Positions 27,959-38,539 of a stretch of 64,000 bases of DNA are shown here, piece by piece (the stretch's first letter is position 1; every line of letters starts with the position of its first letter). A program made the translations under genes and the position numbers. The notes below the pieces were generated by a model, which saw only the letters and a list, made by a program, of their open reading frames with translations, was not told where the DNA came from and did no database searches. Origin of the DNA: Thermoprotei archaeon (GTDB lineage: Archaea; Thermoproteota; Thermoprotei; Thermoproteales; B15-G16); contig QMRC01000007.1 of assembly GCA_003649205.1 (NCBI GenBank), positions 1 to 64,000 on the forward strand, read 5' to 3'.

Positions 27959-28648
27959 TTATACCTTCCTCAGGTAGCCAGGTAGTACGTACCTCTTCTC
28001 CACTATGTGACTTAGCTTAACTAGTGTGTAGCATATGAGGAGGTATATGAGTGCTGTCATTGCGTAAATCTCTAATGCTCTGAAGGTCCATGCAACCATG
28101 TACTCAGCTCTTCTCGTTAACTCCGGTACACCTATGATAGATGCGAGAGAGGTTTCCTTAATCAACGTCACAACTTCATTCATTAGTGCAGGTATGGCGT
28201 TTCTCAGTGCTTGAGGTACGAGTACCTTCATGTATGCTTGGTACCTAGAGAGCCCATCAACGAGTGAAGCCTCTAATTGATCCCTTGGTAATGCCTGAAG
28301 TACTGACCTCAAGATCTCAGCTTGATAAGCGCCACTGTTGAGACCTAGAGCTATGATACAGGCTGAGAGAGGGTTTAGTTTAATGCCTATGGAGGGTAAA
28401 CCGAAGTATATGAAGAGGAGCTGGACGAGTAGTGGTGTACCTCGGAAGAACTCTATGTATGCTGAGGCTATTGCCGAGACTAATCTACTACCTAGTAACC
28501 TACACATAGTGAGTACAGTACCGATCACAAATCCTATACCGAACCCACTTAAGCTAATTAGCAGAGTATAGTTAGCTCCCTTTACAAGATATGGAAAGAC
28601 CTGTGTAAAAAGTTGTAGGGTATTCATGACTCTCCACCTCTTACTCAC
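27959..28648 (-). CDS. Polar amino acid ABC transporter permease
   Basis: FRGTPLLVQL, AYQAEILR, EAA-like loop, KETSLAS. Confidence 0.93.
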   Translation of the reverse strand: MSKRWRVMNTLQLFTQVFPYLVKGANYTLLISLSGFGIGFVIGTVLTMCRLLGSRLVSAIASAYIEFFRGTPLLVQLLFIYFGLPSIGIKLNPLSACIIALGLNSGAYQAEILRSVLQALPRDQLEASLVDGLSRYQAYMKVLVPQALRNAIPALMNEVVTLIKETSLASIIGVPELTRRAEYMVAWTFRALEIYAMTALIYLLICYTLVKLSHIVEKRYVLPGYLRKV

Positions 28649-29465
28649 CTGTTAACCACTTACTGATCTCCTCATCGAATATCTCATTCAGCTTACCTGT
28701 TGTACGGAGCTTCTCAAGTACCTTATTGATGAAGTACTTGAACTCTTCATCACCAGGTGGTAGCGCAATAGCTGTGAACTTCTCACTACCTGGAACAACG
28801 AATGCTATCTCTAGCTCAGGGAATTTCCTACATAGTACCTCAGCAAAGATGTTCCCTATTACAATTGCATCTACATCACCTCTCTTCAATGCCATGACCA
28901 TCTCAGGGTAAACCCTGTCATACGACTTGACTGTCGCCTTACCAGCCTTCTCAAGAACTTCCTTAGCCCACTCCTCTTGAACAGTACCCAGCTGAACACC
29001 AATGACTTTACCATAGAGATCCTCAACAGACCTAATACCACTACCCTTGAGAACTACAACAACACTACAACCCATGTAGTAAGGTATTGAAAAGTCAACA
29101 ACCTTCTCACGCTCTGCAGTAATCGACATATCTGCTATGACCATATCAACCATACCCTTCCTAAGTGCTTCAACTAAAGCTGCGAACTTCATGTCCTTGA
29201 CCTCAAGCTCAACACCAAGCTCCTTAGCAATTTCCTCAGCAATCCTAATGTCTATACCACAGTACTTACCTGCCTCAACGTACTCGAAGGGTGGCCAATC
29301 AGCTGATGTACCTACAATAAGCTTTCCACGCTGCTTAATGAGTTCAAGCCTAGATTTCGCAGTCTCTACAGGAACAGTAGCCGGCTTTAATAATGCTGTG
29401 CCAATGAGTAGACCAAGTACTAACCCTATGATTAGACCCACAGCAACATGTACTGAATACCTCAT
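28641..29465 (-). CDS. Polar amino acid ABC transporter substrate-binding protein
   Basis: N-terminal TM anchor, GTSADWPPFEY, SITAER, GVQLGT. Confidence 0.93.
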   Translation of the reverse strand: MRYSVHVAVGLIIGLVLGLLIGTALLKPATVPVETAKSRLELIKQRGKLIVGTSADWPPFEYVEAGKYCGIDIRIAEEIAKELGVELEVKDMKFAALVEALRKGMVDMVIADMSITAEREKVVDFSIPYYMGCSVVVVLKGSGIRSVEDLYGKVIGVQLGTVQEEWAKEVLEKAGKATVKSYDRVYPEMVMALKRGDVDAIVIGNIFAEVLCRKFPELEIAFVVPGSEKFTAIALPPGDEEFKYFINKVLEKLRTTGKLNEIFDEEISKWLTGE

Positions 29466-29854
29466 GGTCTCACTCTGCTCTCATTGTAGTGAATCTTTAA
29501 TAAGTATTGTTGCTTTACTAAGGATTTTGATTATGTAAACGAAGCTTTGTTTTTAAATTGCTAAATTTCAATTAACGTAGGTTATAGAGATCCAAACCAT
29601 ATACTTCGGCTGAGCACATTATTTGTCATTGATCAAATGTTCTTCCAGGCCAGTGCTTAAGTTAGTACCTAGCTTCAGAGCTATGTTTAATGTTCCTTAA
29701 ATGAGCTTTCTACTAACATCCCCACTTTTCTCAACTTTAACCGATTCAGTGAAGCTGGAGGTTACAGCATGTATCTAGGTGCTACGTTGGACCTAAATCA
29801 CGTGATAAAGAGCTAGGGAACTGAGAAACATGGGACTTAAGATGCTGTTGTGTG

Positions 29855-31264
29855 CTATGTCAAGTCTCTAACCACATTAACTACCTTCAAGAACTTCCTA
29901 TACATCCTAAGCAGTGGTTCTCTGAGTTCACTACTCGGCTCAACAACCTCGTACTTGACAACCTTCTCAACAGCATCCTTGAAACTACTGAATAACTTAG
30001 TTCCAACACCAGCTATAATTGCCGATCCAAGAGCTTCACATTCAGGTATAGTAACCCTCTTCACCTCTCTACCAAGTACTGAGCTAATTACTTTACATAG
30101 CGCTCTTCCTCTAGATACACCACCACCTAAGTAAACATCACCAATGTAATGACCTAATTCACCAAGATAGTCGACGATGTACTTAGTCAGGAAGCTCAAT
30201 CCTGCATAGAGACCTAGAGTGAGGTTAGGTATCGATGGTAGGAGGTTACTCAGTACAACGAACTTAGTAGGGTCCCAACCGACATCTCTCATAACTAGGT
30301 ACGGAGGTACTACGTAGGTACTTAGCTCAGCTACCTCCCTCATCAAGTACCTCTCGAGCAAATCATCGATTGCGCTCATGCTAAGTGATGACATGTTGTT
30401 TAACCACTCAATGAAGCCACCAAAGAGCACAATGACTAAACCACAAAGCCAAAGTCCATTGATTACATGTGGTGTGTTAACTAGTACATGAGGTGCAATA
30501 ACTTCCCTAGCACAATAATCAACTCCAGCACTAAACCCAGTCCTAATGAATAGCAATCCATCATTGATGATCCCGCAGCCAATAGCTGAGGCAAGGTAGT
30601 CGAAACACCCCTTAACAACAGCTATACCTTCAGGTAATCCCAAATCCTTAGCAATATCCCTTCTTAACCCACCAACAGTGAATCCGATAGGTAGTACCTC
30701 ACCGAAGTAATCTCGATCAACACCTAACCTCTCGAGCACAGAATAGTCAATAGCTAGAGGGCCGTCTGCTATTACTGTGTGCACCGCTCTACCCGTGAAC
30801 AGAAACGTCAAGTAATCATGTAAGTGGAAGAACTTAACACCTCTCCTAGCTAAATTCGGGTATCTCCTTAAGATCCAGAGCACCTTAGCTTCAAACATAG
30901 CAGGGCTACACTGCTTACCACTTACCTCACTTAGCTCCTTAGCCTCATTAACTGCAGGTGCCTCAAACCAAAGTAACGTAGGTTCAAGAACCTCCCCATT
31001 CTCAGAGCAAGGTATTACTGTTGGTGCTTGACCACTAATACACATAGCGACTATCCTCTGAAGATCTATATCTTGCTCTCTCAGTGTCTTCATAGCTCTA
31101 ACCAAAGCATCGTACACATCACGTACATTCCTAGTGTACCTAAATGTGTGATCCGTACACGTGGTAGTGATCTTCGATCCATCAATTGAAGCACACACTA
31201 CCTTCACTCTAGAGGTACCGACATCAATTCCAAGTACGAGTTCAGTAACCATCGAGAAGTACAC
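29855..31264 (-). CDS. FGGY-family carbohydrate kinase
   Basis: LGIDVGTS, ISGQ, GGGVSR, ALGSAIIAG; start probably ATG 31252. Confidence 0.85.
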   Translation of the reverse strand: MYFSMVTELVLGIDVGTSRVKVVCASIDGSKITTTCTDHTFRYTRNVRDVYDALVRAMKTLREQDIDLQRIVAMCISGQAPTVIPCSENGEVLEPTLLWFEAPAVNEAKELSEVSGKQCSPAMFEAKVLWILRRYPNLARRGVKFFHLHDYLTFLFTGRAVHTVIADGPLAIDYSVLERLGVDRDYFGEVLPIGFTVGGLRRDIAKDLGLPEGIAVVKGCFDYLASAIGCGIINDGLLFIRTGFSAGVDYCAREVIAPHVLVNTPHVINGLWLCGLVIVLFGGFIEWLNNMSSLSMSAIDDLLERYLMREVAELSTYVVPPYLVMRDVGWDPTKFVVLSNLLPSIPNLTLGLYAGLSFLTKYIVDYLGELGHYIGDVYLGGGVSRGRALCKVISSVLGREVKRVTIPECEALGSAIIAGVGTKLFSSFKDAVEKVVKYEVVEPSSELREPLLRMYRKFLKVVNVVRDLT

Positions 31265-31309
31265 TTAACCTCTTTAACCTCTTATCACTTTCCCCTGTAG
31301 TGAGAACCT

Positions 31310-32155
31310 ATGGAGTTGGTAATCACGGATAATCACCTCCACGTAAATCCTGTAAGAGGACGAGGACCTAGAGAAGTTGCAAAACTATTTCTAAGAGAAG
31401 GAGGTAGAGGAGCTGTTGTAGTGGCACTACTTAGCTGGCACTATGGGATCGCCCTAAGAGGTAGAGACGACATTACTCGATTCTATGACCTTGTTGTGAA
31501 GTCATGTGATGTATTTCGTGAGGTCGGTATTGTAGCTGTATCAATTGTTGGACTTCACCCAGCTGAGTACACTAAGTTAATCCAACTAGGTGTTAAGCCG
31601 AGTAAAGCTATGTCAATAATGGAGCTAGGTATAGAGATAGCTGCAGAGTACGTGAAATCAGGTAGAGCTGTTGGAATTGGTGAAGTAGGTCTTCCACACT
31701 GGTACGTTGATAAGAACACCTATTCACAGCTATGGAACTTACTCCTTCACGCACTAACCATTGCTAAGGATCTAGACTGCGTTATTCACCTTCACCTACC
31801 TAGAGACCTAGCTGTTGTCAGTAAGGTTGGTCAAGTAGTTAAGTCTCTTGGCTTAGAGAAGTCGAGAGTAATTCTCCATCACTCACTACCTGAAGTCAAT
31901 AGACCTGAAGTAGAGTTTTTTACACCATCCATACCAGCTAAGTGGAGTGACTTAGTTAGAGCCACTAGGTGTAGACCAGTGTATCTAGTAGAGAGTGATT
32001 ACCTAGATGACCCGAGTAGACCGGGCTGTGTTGTTGAGCCTTGGGTACTTGCCAGGCGTGTGAAGAGGTTACTCAATGAAGGTTTTGTAGATTTTAACTA
32101 CCTTGATACTGTTCTCAGGAAGAACTTTGAGAAGGTTTACAGAGTTTCCCTCTAG
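31310..32155 (+). CDS. TatD-related metal-dependent hydrolase
   Basis: DNHLH, GLHP, IGEVG, HLH, ESDYLDD. Confidence 0.85.
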   Translation: MELVITDNHLHVNPVRGRGPREVAKLFLREGGRGAVVVALLSWHYGIALRGRDDITRFYDLVVKSCDVFREVGIVAVSIVGLHPAEYTKLIQLGVKPSKAMSIMELGIEIAAEYVKSGRAVGIGEVGLPHWYVDKNTYSQLWNLLLHALTIAKDLDCVIHLHLPRDLAVVSKVGQVVKSLGLEKSRVILHHSLPEVNRPEVEFFTPSIPAKWSDLVRATRCRPVYLVESDYLDDPSRPGCVVEPWVLARRVKRLLNEGFVDFNYLDTVLRKNFEKVYRVSL

Positions 32156-32796
32156 CTGATGAACCTAGTTAGTGCCAGTACCAGTAGACCTGCTAGCAGG
32201 GTATAGAGACCATAGGTTAGAGGTCTTCTACCTGTGTACTTACCCAATAGAGCACCAACTACATACAACATAGCTAGTGCTATGGCTATTGACATCACTA
32301 TGGCATAGGTGTTCGGTATGATGCCGTGTACTGCTAACATGAATGGTACCGTTATCAGTAGAGCTGTTACAAAAGGACAGAAACCACTTAAAACCGCGGA
32401 GTACATAGCAGCAAACTTCTCAGCTCTCTCAATAGCTGTCTTCCTAAGTTTCGTCAGTAGAACATGCTCTAATTCAGTAATTCTTCTACTTCTCTCAGCC
32501 CACTCAGTAATCAGTGTGCTGACTGTACCTGAGAGTCCAGAACCAACAGCTGCACCAATACCTAGGCCAAGCAGTATCTCAGGTCTCTCACTAGCACCAG
32601 CAACGTAGGAAAACAGCACAGCACCTAAGAGAGTTAAGGTTATGTCAAAGGTATTTGAGACAGCATATCTCCTAGCAACTTCTGAAGCTCTAGTAATTCT
32701 CAGGTAGAATTTAACAGTATGCAAGTTACGTCTCATAAATGAAACTAATCGTCTAAGTACCTTCAGTACCAAGCTACGTGACAATCCCCTCACCAC
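32152..32796 (-). CDS. VIT1/CCC1-like membrane protein
   Basis: RRYAVSNTFD, EWAER, five TM segments. Confidence 0.75.
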   Translation of the reverse strand: MVRGLSRSLVLKVLRRLVSFMRRNLHTVKFYLRITRASEVARRYAVSNTFDITLTLLGAVLFSYVAGASERPEILLGLGIGAAVGSGLSGTVSTLITEWAERSRRITELEHVLLTKLRKTAIERAEKFAAMYSAVLSGFCPFVTALLITVPFMLAVHGIIPNTYAIVMSIAIALAMLYVVGALLGKYTGRRPLTYGLYTLLAGLLVLALTRFIS

Positions 32797-32873
32797 GTAG
32801 AGATTCCGAGTAGCGAGGTTAAGAACATTAATTGAGGAAACGAGATTTTCGTCAGCCTCACATAGTTAAGTCT

Positions 32874-32927
32874 CTTCAGCTCCTCTGACTCACATCACAT
32901 ACTCAGACCGGGCGTCTTCATCACACA
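32874..32927 (-). ncRNA. C/D box sRNA candidate
   Basis: GTGATGA-agacgcccggt-CTGA-gtat-GTGATGT-gagtcagaggag-CTGA. Confidence 0.82.
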
Positions 32928-32982
32928 GTATACTCAATGAGGTATTCGGTACTTAATCTCTCTTCTCTAATTTACTCAGTAC

Positions 32983-33585
32983 CTACTCCTTTCGCGACAC
33001 ATACACCCTATACCCAGCTTCAGAACCAACAACATCACAATTGCCAAATACCTGAAGCATTCTCTCCATTAACCTCCTACCACCCTTATTGTGTCGAGCA
33101 ACGAGCTGCAGCAATCCACCTCTCTCTAGGTACTGTGGAGCCTCATCAATTACTCTATAACACACATCAAGGCCAGCAGATATCGGAGGGTTGCATAGTA
33201 TTGCATTGAACTTCTCTCCTCTAACTGGCTCATATAGATCTCCCTCTCTAACCTCAGCATTGTGAATATCATTTAGCTTTAAGTTCTCTCGAGCTAGTTT
33301 CACGGCTAGCTTATTGATATCCGTCAAGATCACGTAGCCTCTAGGAGCTAACTTAGCAGCAACTATACCAATTACACCGTATCCACATCCAAGATCGAGG
33401 ATTCTCCATCCATCCTCAATTATCATGTACTTGAGTAGTACCTCAGTACCCTTATCCAATTTCCTTGCTGAGAATATGCCAGGCGCTGATATTAACTTGA
33501 CGTAGATACCCCTAATCTGCACCTCAATAGTGTACCTCCTACCTGTATCCCTAGGTCTCTTCGAGTAGTAATGGTAGTGAGACAT
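32983..33585 (-). CDS. Class I SAM-dependent methyltransferase (RsmC/MTS-like)
   Basis: GIFSARKLDKGT, LDLGCGYG, NPP. Confidence 0.9.
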   Translation of the reverse strand: MSHYHYYSKRPRDTGRRYTIEVQIRGIYVKLISAPGIFSARKLDKGTEVLLKYMIIEDGWRILDLGCGYGVIGIVAAKLAPRGYVILTDINKLAVKLARENLKLNDIHNAEVREGDLYEPVRGEKFNAILCNPPISAGLDVCYRVIDEAPQYLERGGLLQLVARHNKGGRRLMERMLQVFGNCDVVGSEAGYRVYVSRKE

Positions 33586-33593
33586 CTCAATCC

Positions 33594-33971
33594 CTACATC
33601 TTCCATCTGGGTCTCAACTTAACGATACCTAGCGTTGAGCATATTTCAATGCACCAACCTGCTAGTAATTTAGCAATTTCAATTCTAGCTTCTTCCTCCG
33701 TATACGATACTCCTCTACAGGTCTCTAGCACGTGCTTAGCTACCTCACCATCGACTCTACTGTAGAACTTATTCGTTAGTATCTGCAGTAGCTCAGCGAG
33801 CGACACGGTACCTGATTCAACAATTTTCTTTACGTACTCTAGATCCTCTCCTCTCGGTACTACATCATCTACATGTGCTTCACCTTTTCTCTTCCTTGCT
33901 TCCTCTAAGTACTTGATTAGTGGTGTGTAGTCTCCAACTACTGATCCATTTGCGAAGAGTGGTAATGTCAC
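33594..33971 (-). CDS. Hypothetical protein
   Basis: Normal codon usage, adjacent to the methyltransferase gene on the same strand. Confidence 0.7.
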   Translation of the reverse strand: MTLPLFANGSVVGDYTPLIKYLEEARKRKGEAHVDDVVPRGEDLEYVKKIVESGTVSLAELLQILTNKFYSRVDGEVAKHVLETCRGVSYTEEEARIEIAKLLAGWCIEICSTLGIVKLRPRWKM

Positions 33972-34036
33972 GTTGAGTACACCTCTGCACCTAGAGTAAT
34001 ACAGTATGGCTTAAAATATAGTCTTCGCGTGTATGC

Positions 34037-35644
34037 TTGATGAAGGTTCTTCTAGTTGATTGTTTGGGTTGGGGTAGTGTTGGTAGGGTTGCTACTGTTG
34101 ACGTTATTGGTACTGGTCCTAGTATTGTTGCTTCCATACTCGAGAGCTACGGTATTTCTGTTGACTACTCCTCACCTACAGGTTTACCTAGTTCTCTACA
34201 TGAGTACACTGGTTTCATGATCTCTGGTATGGTTAGTGACGTTAAAACCATTAGATGTGTTATAAGTAAGCTCCGTAAGGAAAATCCTCATGCTATCATT
34301 GTACTTGGTGGTCCTATTTCAGCTGCTAAGGATATTGTTGCTGATCTAGGTGTTGACTTCGCTATTGTCGGTGAAGCTGAGTACGTTCTCCCGAAACTAA
34401 TTGAGTACGGTCTTTTCAGTAATGATGAGGGTGATGTAGCTGAGAGATGTTGTGAAGAGAAGCTACCTAACTTAATCATTGTTAGGGATGGCAGTGTCGT
34501 GTACTCAGGACCTATTAGGTGGTGCTCTATTGACGAGATCACTAGGTTCAGTCTATCTCAGAACTTTATCTCTAGGTATCCTGGTATCACTTGGTCTAGA
34601 GTATACGTTGAGGTTCTTAGAGGATGCAGTAATTTCCTTAGACCTAGAATTCAGCTACCTGATGGTAGGGAGTGCATTGAGTGTGGTCTATGTAGATCTC
34701 CAAGGTTATCGGATAGGTTAAGGTGTCCCGTAGGTATACCACCAGGTTGTGGTTACTGTTCTGTTCCTACACTGTATGGACCTGCTAGGAGTAAACCTGT
34801 TGAGTACATTGTTGAGGAAATTAGAAAGCTGGTTTCCGTTGGTGTTCAGCGTGTTGTACTGAGTGCATCTGATATACTTGACTATGGTAGGGACTGGTTG
34901 GTTAGTCCTGAACCTCTAACTGATCCGAGAAAACCTATGCCCAATGTAGAGGCTCTAGAGGCTCTATTCTCCAGTGTTTTCGACTTACCTGAAGTCCGTA
35001 GTAGGAAGTGTGTTGTGATGATTGAGAACATTAAGGCTAATCTCGTAAATGAGGAAGTTGCTAAGGTACTTGGTAAGTACTTTAGAGGTACTTCTGTTCA
35101 CATAGGTTGCGAAACTGGTTCTGAAGAGCATGCAATCTCCATAGGTAGACCATGTACACCAACTGAAGTGCTTCAAGCTGTTAAACTACTTAAGAGGTAT
35201 GGCTTAAGACCGTACGTCTACTTCATACATGGTCTACCTGGTCAAGACCTGAAGATAGCTAGGAGAACGGCTAAGTTGATAACTAAGCTAGGTAGGGTGG
35301 GTGTAGAGAAGATTACTGTGTATAGGTTTCAGCCGCTACCTGCAACAGCATTTGAGAAGTTCCCTAGAGCACCACCAGCTAGTAAGTCTATGGTTGGTAG
35401 GATAATTGTTGATGCTAGTAAGTTCGTGAATAGATTCTCAAAGAGGAAGATGATTGGTAAGGAGTTAGAGGTAGTTGTTGCATCTCGTTGGAGAGACGGT
35501 ATACACTATGTGACCTACCCTATCTACCATGGTCCTGTAACATTAGTGAAGGTGAATCGAGAACTTAAACCAGGTACAAGACTTAAGGTAAGGATCATTA
35601 AGGTACTTAGTGATAGAGTTGTCTTAGGTACAGTTATCGAGTGA
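34037..35644 (+). CDS. B12-binding radical SAM protein with C-terminal TRAM-like domain
   Basis: IVLGGP, GEAE, split RGC...GCGYC motif with Cys-rich insert, GCETGS, C-terminal beta domain. Confidence 0.85.
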   Translation: MMKVLLVDCLGWGSVGRVATVDVIGTGPSIVASILESYGISVDYSSPTGLPSSLHEYTGFMISGMVSDVKTIRCVISKLRKENPHAIIVLGGPISAAKDIVADLGVDFAIVGEAEYVLPKLIEYGLFSNDEGDVAERCCEEKLPNLIIVRDGSVVYSGPIRWCSIDEITRFSLSQNFISRYPGITWSRVYVEVLRGCSNFLRPRIQLPDGRECIECGLCRSPRLSDRLRCPVGIPPGCGYCSVPTLYGPARSKPVEYIVEEIRKLVSVGVQRVVLSASDILDYGRDWLVSPEPLTDPRKPMPNVEALEALFSSVFDLPEVRSRKCVVMIENIKANLVNEEVAKVLGKYFRGTSVHIGCETGSEEHAISIGRPCTPTEVLQAVKLLKRYGLRPYVYFIHGLPGQDLKIARRTAKLITKLGRVGVEKITVYRFQPLPATAFEKFPRAPPASKSMVGRIIVDASKFVNRFSKRKMIGKELEVVVASRWRDGIHYVTYPIYHGPVTLVKVNRELKPGTRLKVRIIKVLSDRVVLGTVIE

Positions 35645-35649
35645 GTTAA

Positions 35650-35703
35650 CATCAGCATAGACGAGTCTCGTCACTACTCTGTAACCTACCCTCTCATCAC
35701 TTC
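35650..35703 (-). ncRNA. C/D box sRNA candidate, probable 16S rRNA guide
   Basis: GTGATGA-gagggtaggtta-CAGA-gta-GTGACGA-gactcgtctatg-CTGA; guide complementary to UAACCUACCCUC of the crenarchaeal 16S 5' domain (recalled). Confidence 0.88.
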
Positions 35704-35752
35704 TAGCAGGATCTGAAGTAGTTTAAGGAACAAGTAGAAACACAACACGTAT

Positions 35753-35771
35753 ATATTCGAATTTCGAATAT
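35753..35771. promoter_or_regulatory. Perfect 9-1-9 palindrome, putative operator
   Basis: ATATTCGAA-T-TTCGAATAT between a TATA-like element and the start of ORF 35778. Confidence 0.65.
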
Positions 35772-35777
35772 TTAAGG

Positions 35778-37151
35778 TTGATGAACATAACAAAGCTCTT
35801 CATAGACCTCATGACACATAAAGCTACTACAACTCTAGCCACCTACTTACTCAAACCACTGATCAAGTACTTCGACCCCATTAGCTGTTCTCAAACTGGT
35901 CTCTTAACTATGTTCTTTGAGAGGTTAACTGATGAAGGTGTTAAGTGGTTAATTAAGGTAGGTTCTCGTATACTAGGTTCTTCAGCACCTGAAGATCTTG
36001 ATGGTAGGAATAGGTACCTAGTAAATGGTGTAGCTATCGTCCTAGATTCAATAGCTAGGTTTGGAGTACGAAAACCGCTTGTAACTTCTAGACCACTAAT
36101 GGTTGTGTGGAATTTCACTAATCTATGTAATTTAAGATGTAAACACTGTTATCAGGATGCTAGTAGGAGGCACCCTAATGAACTAAGTGTTGAGGAGAAG
36201 TTAGATCTGGTAGATATGTTATGTAGAGACAGAGTACCTCTCCTAGCATTTTCAGGTGGTGAACCTCTTGCTGCTCCTGAATTCTTTGAGGTAGCTGAGT
36301 ACGCTGCTAATAGGGGTCTCTTCGTATCAATAGCTACCAACGGTACATTAATAACTGAAGAAGTTGCTAAACGATTGAAGAAGCTAGGAGTTAACTATGT
36401 TCAGGTTAGTGTAGATGCTGCTACGCCTAGCAAGCATGACCTCTTTCGTGGCATTCCAGGTGCGTGGGAATTAGCTATTCGTGGTGTTAAGAATCTAGTG
36501 AAGTACGGCATCTTCACGTGCATAGCAATGACAGTAACTAAATTTAACGTAGATGAGGTGCCTAAGGTAATTGAATTAGCTAAAAAGCTCCACGTACCTA
36601 GAGTTGCTCTTTACAACTTCATTCCAGTTGGTAAGGGTACGGAGATAGTGAAGTGGGACCTGAGCCCTATTGAGCGTGAGAGATTACTATACTACATACT
36701 TCGTGAATTTATGAAGGGTGGTATTGAGGTCATGACAACAGCACCACAGTACGGTCGTGTAATAGCTTCATTACTGGAGGAGTACGGATATCTGCCGAAG
36801 GTAGCTGCAGCGCATTTCTACAGTGGTAGTAGTGAGTGGGGTAAGGTAGTTGAGTTCATAGGTGGTTGTGGTGCTGGTAGAGTCTACCTAGGCATTGAGC
36901 CTGATGGTACTGTTACGCCCTGTGTCTTTCTTAAGATACCTGTTGGTAATGTTCGTCAGTCACGGATTAGGGATATCTGGATGAAATCTCAAGTACTTTG
37001 GGATCTTAGAGATAGGGATAAATTGAAGGATCCATGTGGTTCCTGCCCCTACAAACACGTCTGTGGTGGTTGTAGAGCTAGAGCATATGCATATTTCCAA
37101 GACTACCTAGCACCTGACCCTGGATGTTTCAGAGCTAGTAAATACCTCTAA
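35778..37151 (+). CDS. Radical SAM/SPASM domain protein
   Basis: CNLRCKHC, SGGEPL, GCGAG...PC and CGSC-x5-CGGC...C SPASM cysteines. Confidence 0.92.
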   Translation: MMNITKLFIDLMTHKATTTLATYLLKPLIKYFDPISCSQTGLLTMFFERLTDEGVKWLIKVGSRILGSSAPEDLDGRNRYLVNGVAIVLDSIARFGVRKPLVTSRPLMVVWNFTNLCNLRCKHCYQDASRRHPNELSVEEKLDLVDMLCRDRVPLLAFSGGEPLAAPEFFEVAEYAANRGLFVSIATNGTLITEEVAKRLKKLGVNYVQVSVDAATPSKHDLFRGIPGAWELAIRGVKNLVKYGIFTCIAMTVTKFNVDEVPKVIELAKKLHVPRVALYNFIPVGKGTEIVKWDLSPIERERLLYYILREFMKGGIEVMTTAPQYGRVIASLLEEYGYLPKVAAAHFYSGSSEWGKVVEFIGGCGAGRVYLGIEPDGTVTPCVFLKIPVGNVRQSRIRDIWMKSQVLWDLRDRDKLKDPCGSCPYKHVCGGCRARAYAYFQDYLAPDPGCFRASKYL

Positions 37152-37171
37152 TCAGTAATCTAGCTCAAGAA

Positions 37172-37441
37172 CTATACTCTTGCTCTGGATCTATAAGGGC
37201 AAGTCTCACTCCTACAAAATATTTTACAAAATTCCTTAGCAAACTCCTCATTTATTCCCTTAAATCCGGTTCTCGTACCATCACACGTACATACCTTCCA
37301 CTTCCCTCGAAAACCAACGTAGATATAACCAGTGCTAGTTATTGGTGATGGTATCTTCCTACATCTCGTAATGCACTCAGGGCACCACTCAAATCTTCCA
37401 CCTAAGGTAATGACCTTCTGAGCAGTGTGCTTCACACCCAT
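37172..37441 (-). CDS. Small Cys-rich protein
   Basis: 8 Cys in 89 aa (CPEC-x3-C, CTC, C-x3-C-x4-C); AGGTG site upstream of ATG 37441. Confidence 0.65.
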   Translation of the reverse strand: MGVKHTAQKVITLGGRFEWCPECITRCRKIPSPITSTGYIYVGFRGKWKVCTCDGTRTGFKGINEEFAKEFCKIFCRSETCPYRSRARV

Positions 37442-37501
37442 AAGAAACACCTTGATTTAGCATTTACACCCTGTATTAAAGGGTGTCCTCATTACAGTGC
37501 T

Positions 37502-37557
37502 CCTCAGGTCCCGCCATAATCTTCACTAATCCGTCCGGGTTCATCACATCATCGGAC
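37502..37557 (-). ncRNA. C/D box sRNA candidate
   Basis: cCGATGA (or the internal GTGATGA)-guide-CGGA-tta-GTGAAGA-ttatggcgggac-CTGA. Confidence 0.78.
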
Positions 37558-37595
37558 CTAGCTGAGTGATTAAACCTTAAGGTCTGTTATAAGGG

Positions 37596-38447
37596 TCACT
37601 CCTCGTAGATATATGCATCGACACAAATCTTGTAGACATATGGTGCGTAGGGATGGACAATCCTTCTACTTAGTATCTTGACTGCTCTACCTAGCTTCTC
37701 AGCTTCCTTTCTAATGAGTTCCTCAGCTTCATCAAATAACCTATCCTCAGGAGCCCAGTGGTAAAAGTGTAGGATACCACCTTCAGGCTTAAGACACTTG
37801 ATAGCTATGTCGAGGTACTGGTAGGCACCTTTTGGAAGTGGCATGAGGACACGATCGCAGATACCGTACCAGTAAGGACATACGTCACGAACATCGCCTA
37901 GGACAGGGACAACACGATCCTCAACCCTATTCAACGCAACGTTCTCGACCATGTACTGGTAAGCATGTGGGTTAATCTCAACAGAAACTATTCTGTAAAC
38001 TCTAGGCTGAACCCTACATATTATGAGAGCATAGGGTCCGACACCAGCAAACATGTACATAATGACCTCACCAGGACGGACCTGCTTTGCAATCCTCAAT
38101 CTCTCAGTAGAGTCCCTAGGTGAGAAGTAAGCCTTCGTAGGATCAACCTTAATCCTACAACCATACTCCTTATGAATAACCTCAGTACTACCAGAACCAG
38201 CAATAACCTCGTACTCACGCAACCTATACACACCCTTCCTCTCAGAACACTTCCTCAAGACAACACGAACATGCTTATGAACCTTCATCAAAGCCTCACC
38301 AATAACGTGCTTCCAAGGCTCAAGCTCATCAGGAATCTCGATAATAGCAACAGCACCCTCCCTAGAACCAATAATATCAAAACTACGAGGTACAAGAGGA
38401 AGTAAATCATCAGGAATCTTACCCCTCAATAGCTCACGAAGTCTCAC
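37596..38447 (-). CDS. Trm5/Tyw2 (Met-10+)-family tRNA-modifying SAM-dependent transferase
   Basis: HKEYGC, YFSPR...[21 protein letters not shown]. Confidence 0.9.
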   Translation of the reverse strand: MRLRELLRGKIPDDLLPLVPRSFDIIGSREGAVAIIEIPDELEPWKHVIGEALMKVHKHVRVVLRKCSERKGVYRLREYEVIAGSGSTEVIHKEYGCRIKVDPTKAYFSPRDSTERLRIAKQVRPGEVIMYMFAGVGPYALIICRVQPRVYRIVSVEINPHAYQYMVENVALNRVEDRVVPVLGDVRDVCPYWYGICDRVLMPLPKGAYQYLDIAIKCLKPEGGILHFYHWAPEDRLFDEAEELIRKEAEKLGRAVKILSRRIVHPYAPYVYKICVDAYIYEE

Positions 38448-38539
38448 AAGGACCCCCTATAAGCTAATCTGAATCAGAGTATCGGGGAACTAAAATGCTA
38501 TTCGACATAGTTATCCTACTAGAAAACCATGTGAAGAAC

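Noticed and set aside
27959-29465. Amino acid ABC transporter lacking its ATPase gene
   Set aside because: The ATPase is commonly encoded elsewhere; not informative from one window
29470-29850. 380-bp AT-rich intergenic stretch, possible gene remnant or mobile element scar
   Set aside because: No recognisable protein motif, terminal repeat or RNA boxes by eye
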